Of a stretch of DNA of 64,000 nucleotides, positions 12,501 to 24,500 are shown one piece after another. The stretch spans positions 29,016,001-29,080,000 of the forward strand of contig NC_090336.1 in the NCBI RefSeq assembly GCF_035084215.1. The letters run 5' to 3'. Within the stretch, counting starts at the first letter, position 1. Every line of letters begins with the position of its first letter. Below the pieces are notes generated by a model, which was not told the DNA's origin, searched no databases, and saw only the letters and a list, made by a program, of their open reading frames with translations. This DNA comes from Heptranchias perlo. Taxonomy: Eukaryota. A program made the position numbers and the translations under genes.

Positions 12501-15500
12501 GAAGATGGTTGCAAACACTTCAGCCTTGTCTTTTGCACTCACATGCTGGACTCCGCCATCATTGAGGATGGGGATGTTTACAGACCCTCCTCCTCCCGTT
12601 AGTTGTTTAATTGTCCACCACCATTCACGACTGGATGTGGCAGGACTGCAGAGCTTGTGAAAGTCCAAAAGTGAATAGAAAGTCAAAATCACTGGACAGA
12701 AATACATGGTTTTGCTATATTTCAAAGAGCAAAATTAAAGTCATTTGTGACTGCACATTTTCTTCCATTACTTTTTCCCATCATCTTACATCTATTTTTC
12801 CACTTTAGTACTTTTCTTCCACTGTAACAGATGGTTTCATTTCATTATTTTCTTTCTTTCCAATGTTTTTCTTCTTTTCTCAACAATCTCTGCAAAAGTT
12901 TCCTATGAACTTCTTCCAGTTATCTAATGGAAAAAGGAAATAAGGCATATCGGCCAGAAAGTTCGATGTTCCATTCCTACTTTGTGCTGAGTGGGCTGAT
13001 CCCAGCCAAGCAGTAGTTAGAGGCAGCGCCTGTGCCAGGTAGGCGAAAAATCAGCCACGATTCCCAATCCTAATTGCTATCCTGGCTAGAAAGTGCACAC
13101 GTGGATGTTCAGTGTGGAGAGGATTGCGTTTGGCTGCCTTGTTTTCTAGAGTCAGTTGGCTGAGTTGCTGGGGGCTACTGGCATCTGTGAAACAGTATAT
13201 CAGGAAGGAAGAAAGGAGCAACGGGCTGATAATTTGCAAAAAATGTTTCCTTTTTGAACTATTCATACTATTTTTACTTTCCCTCAGGACTTTCCCCCCA
13301 ATTCCCCCCCTCTTTTTCCGAGGCAATGACTGGGAGCTATAGGACATAGACTGTCAGGTTGTTTCTCTCCCCAGATTTCATCTTGCTGTCTGCCATAAGC
13401 ACATGCAGCATTGAATGACCTGAGCACATATTTTTTTCCCAATTTGAACAGTGCTGCCAAATAACCAGAAGCAGAAGTACGCAACAAATCAGATGTTCTG
13501 TGTGATGACCCTTATTGTGGAAGCTCTTGCGATTAGTTCCACAAACACATGTTGCTCACTCTCTCACATGAAGACAGCTGAATGTCAAGATCAAGTTTTA
13601 TATTTGTTCAAAACTGTTTAAACTAAAAAAATCAGCACCTCATAAGGATTCTCAAAATTCTACAACTGGAACCTCTGTCACAAATCACTAACTATGATAA
13701 TTTGCAAAAAATGTTTCCTTTTTGAACTATTCATACTATTTTTACTTTCCCTCAGGACTTTCCCCCCAATTCCCCCCCTCTTTTTCCGAGGCAATGACTG
13801 GGAGCTATAGGACATAGACTGTCAGGTTGTTTCTCTCCCCAGATTTCATCTTGCTGTCTGCCATAAGCACATGCAGCATTGAATGACCTGAGCACATATT
13901 TTTTTCCCAATTTGAACAGTGCTGCCAAATAACCAGAAGCAGAAGTACGCAACAAATCAGATGTTCTGTGTGATGACCCTTATTGTGGAAGCTCTTGCGA
14001 TTAGTTCCACAAACACATGTTGCTCACTCTCTCACATGAAGACAGCTGAATGTCAAGATCAAGTTTTATATTTGTTCAAAACTGTTTAAACTAAAAAAAT
14101 CAGCACCTCATAAGGATTCTCAAAATTCTACAACTGGAACCTCTGTCACAAATCACTAACTATTTACAGTAAGATAATTGCTTCATTGAAGTGTTGACAG
14201 AAAAGTAAAACTAGCAAGATTGTCATTGGTGGCTATACTTATTCCCATTTCCCTCACTACTTTTCTTACTACCATGGAACCCTCCTCAACCTAGAATCTT
14301 TTGGACAACAGAACACTAAATGGCCAATGCTAACTCCCTGTAGACTCCCCATGCCATACAGCCTGTACTGTTCCCACAAACTGAAGACTGCTCTCAGGCT
14401 TCCAAATCTCTCTGATGTCCCTTTCTCTCAATGGCAGCCCCTATTATTCATTCACCATCTCCTCACAGCATATGACATCTATTCAAAATGATTGAGATCA
14501 GGAATTCACCGTGTGCAGAACCACAAACTTGGAGTACGTATCCTTCCATTCTGTGATTTGGAAATTTATAGCACCAAAATCCCATCCTTCATGAAAATTA
14601 AACTATTTATTACAGTTGGAACGCACAGCAATTAAATACAACACTGGGTAACAGGTGAAGAAAAGGGCTGTACACACAAAGCCAGCTGCAGCTCAAGTTG
14701 GTACTTTTTTGACTGCACCAGTTTTCTTAAATGTTGGTGGCTCATGTTAGAGCAAAAAGTATGAAATTCAAAACCTGTAATATTCACCCCATGGCCATTT
14801 GGAATACTAGCCAACAGAAGGCCCTGTTTGTGCAGAGTGAGAAAGGCAATATTCCCTGTTCCCCATTGAGAGATGTAACATTTTGCTTCCACAAGATATT
14901 TTGCCTTCCAGCTCATCTCTGAATTAATAAAACTCAACCAGTCTTCAAGGGAACAATAACCAGATTTAGTACTTGAACCCACATTCTTCTGCCCAAGGAG
15001 TTGACATTTTGTAAATATTTTCTACCCTTCTAGGTTTCCCCATATGATGAACTGTCCCCAAGCTGAGAAAGTTAGCAGGCAACTGATCAAATGGCTCTAC
15101 TAATGTCACTTTACAACCAGTTGCCAGGAAAATGCAGCCCAAGACAACCCAGAATGCATTTTCCTCACAAAACAGCCTACCACTGACTCGATACCTGCCA
15201 CCAAGTCTTAAGTCAAGATCGGAACCTACTGCATGAGGAACAATGGTCATCGGCTAATTTCCCACTAAAAAGTTTGTTAATGCAATGAAGTGGAAAATAT
15301 TAGTCGAAAAACTACAATTAACCTTTCTCAAGAGTCACAAAAATTCATCAAGACACATGGGGAAGTCAAAACTGGATGTTTGGTAAGGAAAAGGTATCCA
15401 AGTTATTGGATGGAACACAAGTCTGGTACTTCAAAATGTTTTGAATGGATTTGAAAAACCTCCAACAAAATGCTCAAAACCATAGCAAAATAATAATTAT

Positions 15501-18500
15501 TCACAATATACATGTACTCTAATTTACTCGCACCTGTCAGAAGGAGTTAATAGAGTTTTGTATCGACACCAATTTAAAATGTTTTATAAAAATACATCAG
15601 ATTAATAAACACAAAGAAAATTCAAAAGGCCTTGCTTGTCTGTATATAACGAATCCATATAAAAGCTTCATATTTAATTGTTTTCCCTATAAAAATTAAA
15701 ACTACAATACACCAGTTAGCACTGGAGTGCTTTTCAATACAAACTTAGTCAGAAAGTTTTATACTTTGCATTTTAATAAAAAGCTAAGACCACCACAACT
15801 TACCTTTCAAAGTCACTAAAGCATTCACAGAGTATGGCTCTGAAAAAGTCTTGTGTGTCACTTGGCATGTGAAAGTGCTGTCAATGTCTTCTACACCAGG
15901 CTCCAATCTAACTTCAGTGGTTACATTACATGTTCCATCAGGGTTTTTGACTGGCGGGGCAATGCATACATCAGTTAATCGTTTTGTTTCTCCTTGTGAT
16001 GGGGTTGATTGAAACCATTCAGCATTGCTCTCGCAAGGATAATATCTACTTAACTGACAACCCAAGGCCATCTCTCCACCAATGCCAACTTCCACAATTT
16101 TTTCTGAAACCACAGTCACTGTGGGGCGTGCTGCCAAAACAAAAGGTACATTAACCTCACTAATAACAGTGGCTATTAATCAAAAGTAATTCATTGGATA
16201 TGGCATTCTGAGGAAACGAAAGGGTTATAAGTGAGTTCTTTCTTTCTTGATACAGTACAACATTTAAATTCAAGAGAACTTTGACTGCTGATGTGCAGGT
16301 TTTTAATCTATTTATTTATTCATGAAAAAATGAAAAGGCTTTAACAGATAATTGCTGATCATATTTAACAGTAGTTAAGTGTTAATATACCACATTTATC
16401 CAGGGGCAACAATGTGCTTATTTGAGGCATGTGTCACCTCTTCAATCAAGCACAGGTTTGTGTTTTATTTGCCTTTGTAAATACTGCCATACACAGTTGA
16501 CACTTCCAATTTGGTTAACTTTTACATCTAGTTCTTGATTCAACTAATTAGTGATATACCTTACACTTTTTAAAAAAAACATACTTGATGATTTAATACC
16601 ACCATGTATCACCTCATATTTGTCACTGTTAAATACATAAAAGAACCTGACTGGGGATAGATCTGGCTACACTGTGAAGTTTACATTGATCTTATTTTAT
16701 TCTTTCATCTCTAGTTCATTGCATATGCTGTATGCAAGGACTTTGATTGGCGGGGCGATGCATGTCTCAGTTAGCCGTTTGCAGTCTAAGAAACTCCTGC
16801 ATTTGTACAAACAGGTTATGCAAAAATTTGATTAATCAAGTGACTTGTTTTATTGTAGAAATGTTTCTTTTTTTTTCTCTCTATCACTCCATTTTTATAA
16901 TTTGTAGCAGATAGAGAAATCTATAAACCTGGATGGCTTCCTAGAAGTGTTAAGAGAAAGTCCTAACTGAAGGTGAGCTCTGCAAAGCTGTCTGAAAATT
17001 GAAAGACATTTCTTGGTTATTGTATCAGCTATAGTGTGCCAGAAGGATTAGATGATCACAGTGTGTAAATGAAGGTAAAGAAAAATTGCTGTTAGAATCA
17101 TCTTCTATTTGTGTTAGGATGAAAGCGGTTAGAATGCTTTTCAAAGTTTAATTTTAATGATACAGCACTTAATGGTCAGCTTCAGCTGAATACTTTATGT
17201 CCCACTAACTCAACCGCCTTACTGAATCAACTACTTTCAACAAGTCCTTTCAGTGATCAACTTAATGAGATTTTACTGTGAGTCATAGATGAATAAAATG
17301 TTTCAAGATCTGAATGAGGATTGTTAGTTTGTGTGACAACTTCTACTCACATGTACTATTGGATCATTAATAAAATCAGGCCAGAAAGCATTGGACAATA
17401 GGTGCAAACCATTTTATATTTAAGGGCATTTCCTTTGCAAGATTTTACATAGAAGTACATAGAATGTACAGAACAGAAATAGTCCATTCAGCCCAACAGG
17501 TCCAGGCCGGTGTTTATGCTCCACACAAGCCTCCTCCCTACTTCATCTAACCCTATCAGCATATCCTTCTGTTCCTTTCTCCCTCATGTGTTTATCTAGC
17601 GTCCCCTTAAATGCATTTATGCTAGTCGCCTCAACTACTCCTTGTGGTAGCAAGTTCCACATTCTAACCACTCTCTGGGTGAAGAAGTTTCTCCTGAATT
17701 CCCTATTGGATTTATTAGTGACTATCTTATATTTATGGCCCCTAGTTCTGGTCTCCCCCACAAGTGGAAACATCTTCTCTACATCTGCCCTATCAAAGCC
17801 TTTCATAATCTTAAAGACCAGAACTGTTCACAGTACTCCAAGTGTGGTCTAACCAAGGTCCTATACAAGTTTAACATAACTTCTCTGCTTTTCAATTCTA
17901 TCCCTCTAGAAATGAACCCCAGTCCTTGGTTTGCTTTTTTTTTTAATTGGCCTTATTAACCTGCGTCGCTACTTGTAGTGATTTATATATCTGTGCCCCC
18001 AGATCCCTCTGCTCCAATACCTCATTTAGACTCTTATTATTCCAAGCAGTATGTGGCCCTCTTATTCTTCTTACCAAAATGTAATACCTCACACTTCTCC
18101 AAATTGAATTTTATTAGCCAATTACATGCCCATTCTGCATGTTTATTAATGACTTAAAGTATTTTGTTGCAGTCCTCCTCAGTATTAATTATACCCCCCA
18201 ATTTGGTGTCATCTGCAAATTTTGAAATTGTACTTCTGATTCCCGAGTCCATTGGAAATGGTGAACAACAGTGGCCCCAGCACCGATCCTTGTGGAACAC
18301 CACTTCCCACCTTTTGCCAGTCTGAGTAACTACCTTTAACTCTACTCTCTATTTTCTAGCCAGCTCGCTATTCATTCTACTTGTCCTGACTCCACATGCT
18401 CTGACCTTAGTCATGAGTCGACTGTGCTGTACCTTATCGAACGCCTTTTCAAAATCCAAATATATTACATCTACTGCATTACCCTTGTCTACTCTTTGAT

Positions 18501-21500
18501 ACTTCTTCAAGGAATTCAATAAGGTTGGTCAAGCATGACCTTCCTTTTTGAAATCTGTGCTGACTATTCTTTATTATATTTTCGGTTTGAAGATGTTTTT
18601 CTATTACATCTTTGAGTAAGGATTCCATTATCTTTCCTACCACTGACATTAAGCTAATTGGTCTATAATTCCCTGGACTGGTTCTATCACCCTTTTTAAA
18701 TACAGGAATCACATTAGCTGTCCGCCAGTCCTCTAGCATTATTCCCTGTTCTAATGAATATTATAAAAAATTATGTAATGTGTATGTAATAGTGCCTCTG
18801 CTATCTCTCTAACTTCTTTTAGCATTGTGGAAGCAATCTATCAGAACCATTTTATTTTTTATTTTCATAGACAGACAAACCATTATGACATATGAACACT
18901 GATGGCATTGTGTAACACTGCAGTGTAATAGTTTATAGTAGTTGTTCATAAATCAGCTTACCTAAAACTTCAAGCTTTACCGCCTTAGAGGCCGTATCAT
19001 CTGGTGGAATAACAACTTCACATTGATACTGTCCAGCGTGTTTAAATGTGACACTTTTTAGCAACAGTGACATGTTTCCCTTTAGAATGGAGTCTTCTGA
19101 CAGTTCTGCTTCTTTCCACAAATTACTTATTACTCCATTACTGAAGACAAAGACTTTTGATTTTTCAGTGTCACTAGTGAAAGACCACAAAACGCCCAAG
19201 TTCTCTGCAGTCAGCATAGCCCCAGTGAGTTCAGCAATTTCACACTGTATAAGTCCATTTTCATTAACCATTACTTCCACAGGATTTTGACTCACTCTCA
19301 ACTCCAATTTTGTTTCTGCAGATTAAATAAAACATAATTAGTGTCCACCATACAAGGTTGTGCCTATATTAACCTCAACTTACATAGAATGTACAGCACA
19401 GAAATAGGTCAGTTGGTCCAACTGGTCCATGCTGGTGTTTAAGCTCCCACCCTTCACCGAACCCTTTCTGCATAACCTTCTATTCCTTTCTCCCTCATGT
19501 GTTTATCTAGCTTCCCCTTTATCTAACTTCACCATTAACTGGTTCTGATAAAAGGTCACTGATCTGAAATGTTGGAGGTGATTTTAAACCCCAAGAACGG
19601 GTGGGTTGGGGGCAGGTGGGAGATGAAAATAGTTGTTTTTTTGGGTCGCAACCGCAAAATTTTCGGACTTTGCATTCCCAGTGGGAAACCTGTACTTTTA
19701 GGCGCCAACATTAAACCCCGAAATAAAGCCAGGTTGCGGTCGTGACCCAAAAAACAACTATTTTCAACTCCCACCCACCCCCAACCCACCCGTTCTTGGG
19801 GTTTAAAATCACCCCTGTTAACTCTTTCTCTACAGATGCTGCCTGACCTGCTGAGTGTTTCCATCATTTTAGGTTTTTATTTCACCATTAACTGTCTCAT
19901 TAATTAATCTTCTCTCCCTCCCCACCAAAAACTAGCTAAGGGAACACAATATAATCTACCCAAAGTGGCGAGCTTAGCACATCATGCCCATCCATTTGTA
20001 GTTTCACTTTTTCAATCAACTGTTTTTCAGTACACTTTTTGTAGTATCTGACAGTAGCAATTAAATCGTTAAGACATCTGCTTGTTAAATATATTGTTCC
20101 ACATACAAATATAGGTTAGAGACCTCCAAAAAAAATCTATTTTTCTGTCAGTTTTCTCCCCTCCCATCTCCTAAAGGCAGAATCCTTGATGGAATGTGCT
20201 TCCAATACCTCAGCCAAATGGTCATTAATTCACACGTAAGCCAAAAGAGAAAATTTCAATAGGAGGAGGGAAACATTGCAACTGTGCAATATTTTGGGTA
20301 TCTTCTCACCAAGTTTCTCCCCTCCTTTCTTCTCTCCTAAAAGTGAGTCCTTGCTCAGCCAGTTCCAGACACCAGCTGGAAGTAAACTACTAGTCGCTAC
20401 TAGAAGTGACTACTATTTACTAGAGACCTGCGAGCCTCAACAGTGAGCGTCAGCAGGGCACTGTGGACATCACAGCTAAGCCTGATCCCGTCCTTACCCG
20501 ACATTCACACAAGTAAGATTCCAGCGACACCAATCTGCAAAGAGAATGCTTGTCAATTCCACCTTTTCTAACTCCCAGTGCTGAAGCCAAAAGTACCATC
20601 CTATTACCACACCTCCCGGGATAAGCTAATGGTGTAGACTGAGGACCAACCCTGGGATCTTCCTGGTCTGAACAGCTCACTCGATTACTGGTGAAACTCT
20701 TTGAACCAACAATCCTCCATGACTAAAGTTACATTAGGGCAGCCCAAGCCTCCCTTTGCCAATTCAAATCCATTCATTAAATACCATGATGTCTTGACTG
20801 ATGTGCAAATATTTACATTTAATGTGTAATAATTTACATTTATCAATGTTTTAATTTGTCATTTTTTGACTATTTGCATAGTTAGTCTAATCATTCTGTG
20901 GGAACTCTGGCTGTTTTCCTCCACAAACCCTGACACAACTGTAGCAGCTTAACCTTAATCCTAGCAGGGATTGGCTAATTTGGCACCGATTGAGATCAAA
21001 TATAATCAATAACTAGAACGATACCCAGACTTCAAGGGTTAAGTCACGAGGAGAGATTACACAAATTGGGGTTGTATTCTCTAGAGTTTCGAAGGTTAAG
21101 GGGTGATCTGATCGAAGTTTATAAGATATTAAGGGGAACAGATAGGGTGGATAGAGAGAAACTATTTCCGCTGGTTGGGGATTCTAGGAGTAGGGGGCAG
21201 AGTCTAAAAATTAGAGCCAGACCTTTCAGGAGCGAGATTAGAAAACATTTCTACACACAGAGGGTGGTAGAAGTTTGGAACTCTCTTCCGCAAACGGCAA
21301 TTGATACTAGCTCAATTGCTAAATTTAAATCTGAGATAGATAGCTTTTTGGCAACCAAACGTATTAAGGGATATGGGCCAAAGGTAGGTATATGGAGCTA
21401 GATCACAGATCAGCCATGATCTTATCAAATGCCAGAGCAGGCACGAGGGGCTGAATAGCCTACTCCTGTTCCTATGTTGCTAATATGAGACCTTGCTGCT

Positions 21501-24500
21501 ATGTATTGGTCCATAGTATTAAAACATAGGAGAAGCCTTAAAAGGAGAGAGAAATAAGGGCAAAAGCTAAAGCAACGAAGGAGCAAGAAGGATGAAAGTT
21601 TGAGTCCCACTCTGCTCAGGTCTGAATCCAACCACCAGGAGGAGGAGAAATCTATGGGGAGTTACACTATGAGCAGGTCTCAGGCACCCAGTTACAAAAG
21701 GCTCCAAGAAGAGGAGTCCATGCGCTCACACTCAGCTTCAAATGTTAGTGCACTAAAACAAATAGAGATCTTAATGGGGGATTTTATCTGAATACATCAT
21801 CAATAGAGTAGAGACCGGGTGGGGGGGGGGGGGGGGAGGAGAATAAAGAGAGGGAGAATAAAGAGAGGGAGAATAAAGAGAGGGAGAATAAAGAGAGGGA
21901 GAATAAAGAGAGGGAGAATAAAGAGAGGGAGAGAGAATGGATAGCAAAAGAAAGAGAGCAGGGATGGAGAGGAGGCACAGAGAGAGGGGCAGTCGCCCGC
22001 AACTCCATGTTTGAACCCTCCAATCAGGTTCCCACCCCTGCCACTTCACTGAGACAGCCCTTATCAACGTCACAGTTGATATCCTATGTGACTGTGACCT
22101 TGGTAAACTCTCCCTCCTCATCCTTCTCGACCTGTCTGCGGCCTTTGATATGGTTGACCACATCATCCTCCTCCGACGTCCAGCAGGGTGGGACTGCTCA
22201 AGCCTGGTTCCATTCTTATCTATCCAGTCGTAGCCAGATAATCACCTGCAATGGCTTCTCTTCCCACTCCCGCACCGTTAGCTCTGGAGTCCCCCAAGAA
22301 TCTATCCTTGGCCCCCACCTATTTAACATCTACATGTTGCCCCTTGGCGACAATGGCCAGAGAGGTGGAGTCGGTGACTAGGCCTCTTCCCCCTCCTTCA
22401 AGACGCTCCTTAAAACCTACCTCCTTGACCAACCTGTCCTAATATGGCTCGGTGTCAAAATTTTGTCTGGTAACACTCGTGAAGTGCGTTTGGACATTTT
22501 ACCACATTAAAAGCGCTATATAAATGCAATTTGTTCAAAATCATGAGCCGTTTTGATAGAGTGAATAAGGAGAAACTGTTTCCAGTGGCAGAAGAGTTGG
22601 TAACCAGAGGACACAGATTTAAGGTAATTGGCAAAAGAACCAGAGGCGACATGAGGAAAAAAATTTACACGAGTTCCAAAAACATGTCAGGTTCCACATG
22701 TAAGCTGCGACACCCAGCTCCAACTCACTACCATCTCTCTGACCCCTCCACTGCCTTTGATTTGTCAGGCTGCTTGTCTTGACATCCAGTACTGGATGAG
22801 CAGAAATTTCCTCCAACTTAATAACGAGAAGACCGAAGCCATTGTCGTCGGTCCCCGCCAAAAACTCCATTCCCTAGTCACCGACTCCACCCCTCTCTCT
22901 GGCCATTGTCTGAGGCTGATCCAGACCGTTCGCAAACTTGGCATCCCAGATGACCCTGACATGAGCTTCCGACCACATAGCCACTCCATCACCAAGACCC
23001 TCTACTTCCACCTCCATAACATCACTTATCTCCGCCCCTTCCTCAGCTCATCTGCTGCTCAACCCCTTATCTTTGCCTGTTACCTCTAGACTTGATTATT
23101 CCAATGATCTCCTGGCCAGCCTCCCACCCTCCATCAACTTGAGCTCCTCAAAAACTCTGCTGCATGTATCTTAACTCTCACCAAATCCTGTTCACCCATT
23201 ACCCCAGTGCTCGCTGACCTACATTGGATCCCAGTCCAGCAACATCTGAATTTTAAAATTCTCATCATTGTTTTCAAATCCCACCATGGCCTCGCCTCAT
23301 CCTATTTCTGTAACCTGGATGTCAAGACAAGCATCCCTTCAACCTTCCGAGATCTTCGCACTCCACCAATTCTGGCCATTTTCACATCCCCGATTTTAAT
23401 CGCTCCACCAATGACGGCTGTGCCTTCAGCTGCCTCGGCCCTAAGCTCTGGTATTCCCTCCCTAAACCTTTCCGCCTCTCCACCCTCCTTTCAGACGCTC
23501 CTTAAAACCTACCTCCTTGACCAAGCTTTTGGTCACCTGTCCTAATATGGCTCGGTGTCAAAAAAATTTCTGGTAACACTCGCGAAGTGCCTTTGGACAT
23601 TTTACCACATTAAAAGCGCTATATAAATGCAAATTGTTCAAAATCATGAGTGGTTTTGATAGAGTAAATAAGGAGAAACTGTTTCCAGTGGCAGAAGAGT
23701 CGGTAACCAGAGGACACAGATTTAAGGCAAAAAGAAGCAGAGGCGACATGAGGAAAAAAATTTACACCAGTTGTTATGATCTGGAATTCACTACCTGGAA
23801 GGGTGATGGAAGCACATTCAATAACAACTTTCACAAGTGTGGAGATGCCGGTGATGGACTGGGGTTGACAATTGTAAACAATTTTACAACACCAAGTTAT
23901 AGTCCAGCAATTTTATTTTAAATAAAATTGGAGGACGGCCTCAACCGGGATCTTGGGTTCATGTCACGCTACACGTTACCCCACCAGCGAACAAATGTTA
24001 TCTGTTTTTAATATAATGGGTCATTTGCTGGCTCTCTCTGCCTTCCGGATGTTTCTGCCTCTCTCTGTGTTTTTTTTTCTCTGTTTTTTTTCCCTGTTTG
24101 TTTTTTTGTTGAATGTGTATTCGGAGGTTCTGCAGGTAACACCTCTCTGTCTGAACACGGTGATTGCCTTGGCAACGGGCAGTTGCAGGGGCAGTCTGTA
24201 AACACCATGTATTATTGTTCAATATGTATAAATGCGTAGGCTTCAAGGAGATCTTGAAACATTTGCCTGAGGAAGGAGAAAATCTCCGAAAGCTTGTGAA
24301 TTTAAAATAAAATTGCTGGACTATAACTTGGTGTTGTAAAATTGTTTACAACTTTCACAAGGGAATTGAATAAATAATTGAAGCGGAAAATTTTACAGGG
24401 CTCGGGGGAAAGGGACTAATTGGATAGCTCTTTGGAAGAGCCGGCACCGACACGACGGGCCGAACGGCCTCTTCCTGTGCTTGTGCGATTCTAGAGGGGG

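Noticed and set aside
14632-15250. Minus-strand ORFs of 116 and 94 aa in intron 3 of gene B as extra exons
   Set aside because: They have no Ig pattern and no supported phase-1 splice boundaries, so they are treated as chance ORFs.
267-19315. Rearranging antigen-receptor locus (IgW/IgNAR/IgM/TCR) suggested by V plus many C1 exons
   Set aside because: The V exon encodes its own G strand and ends in a splice donor. I saw no RSS or D/J segments and no WGxG/FGxG motif. The motifs are B7-H6-like, and the TM lies after the first C1.
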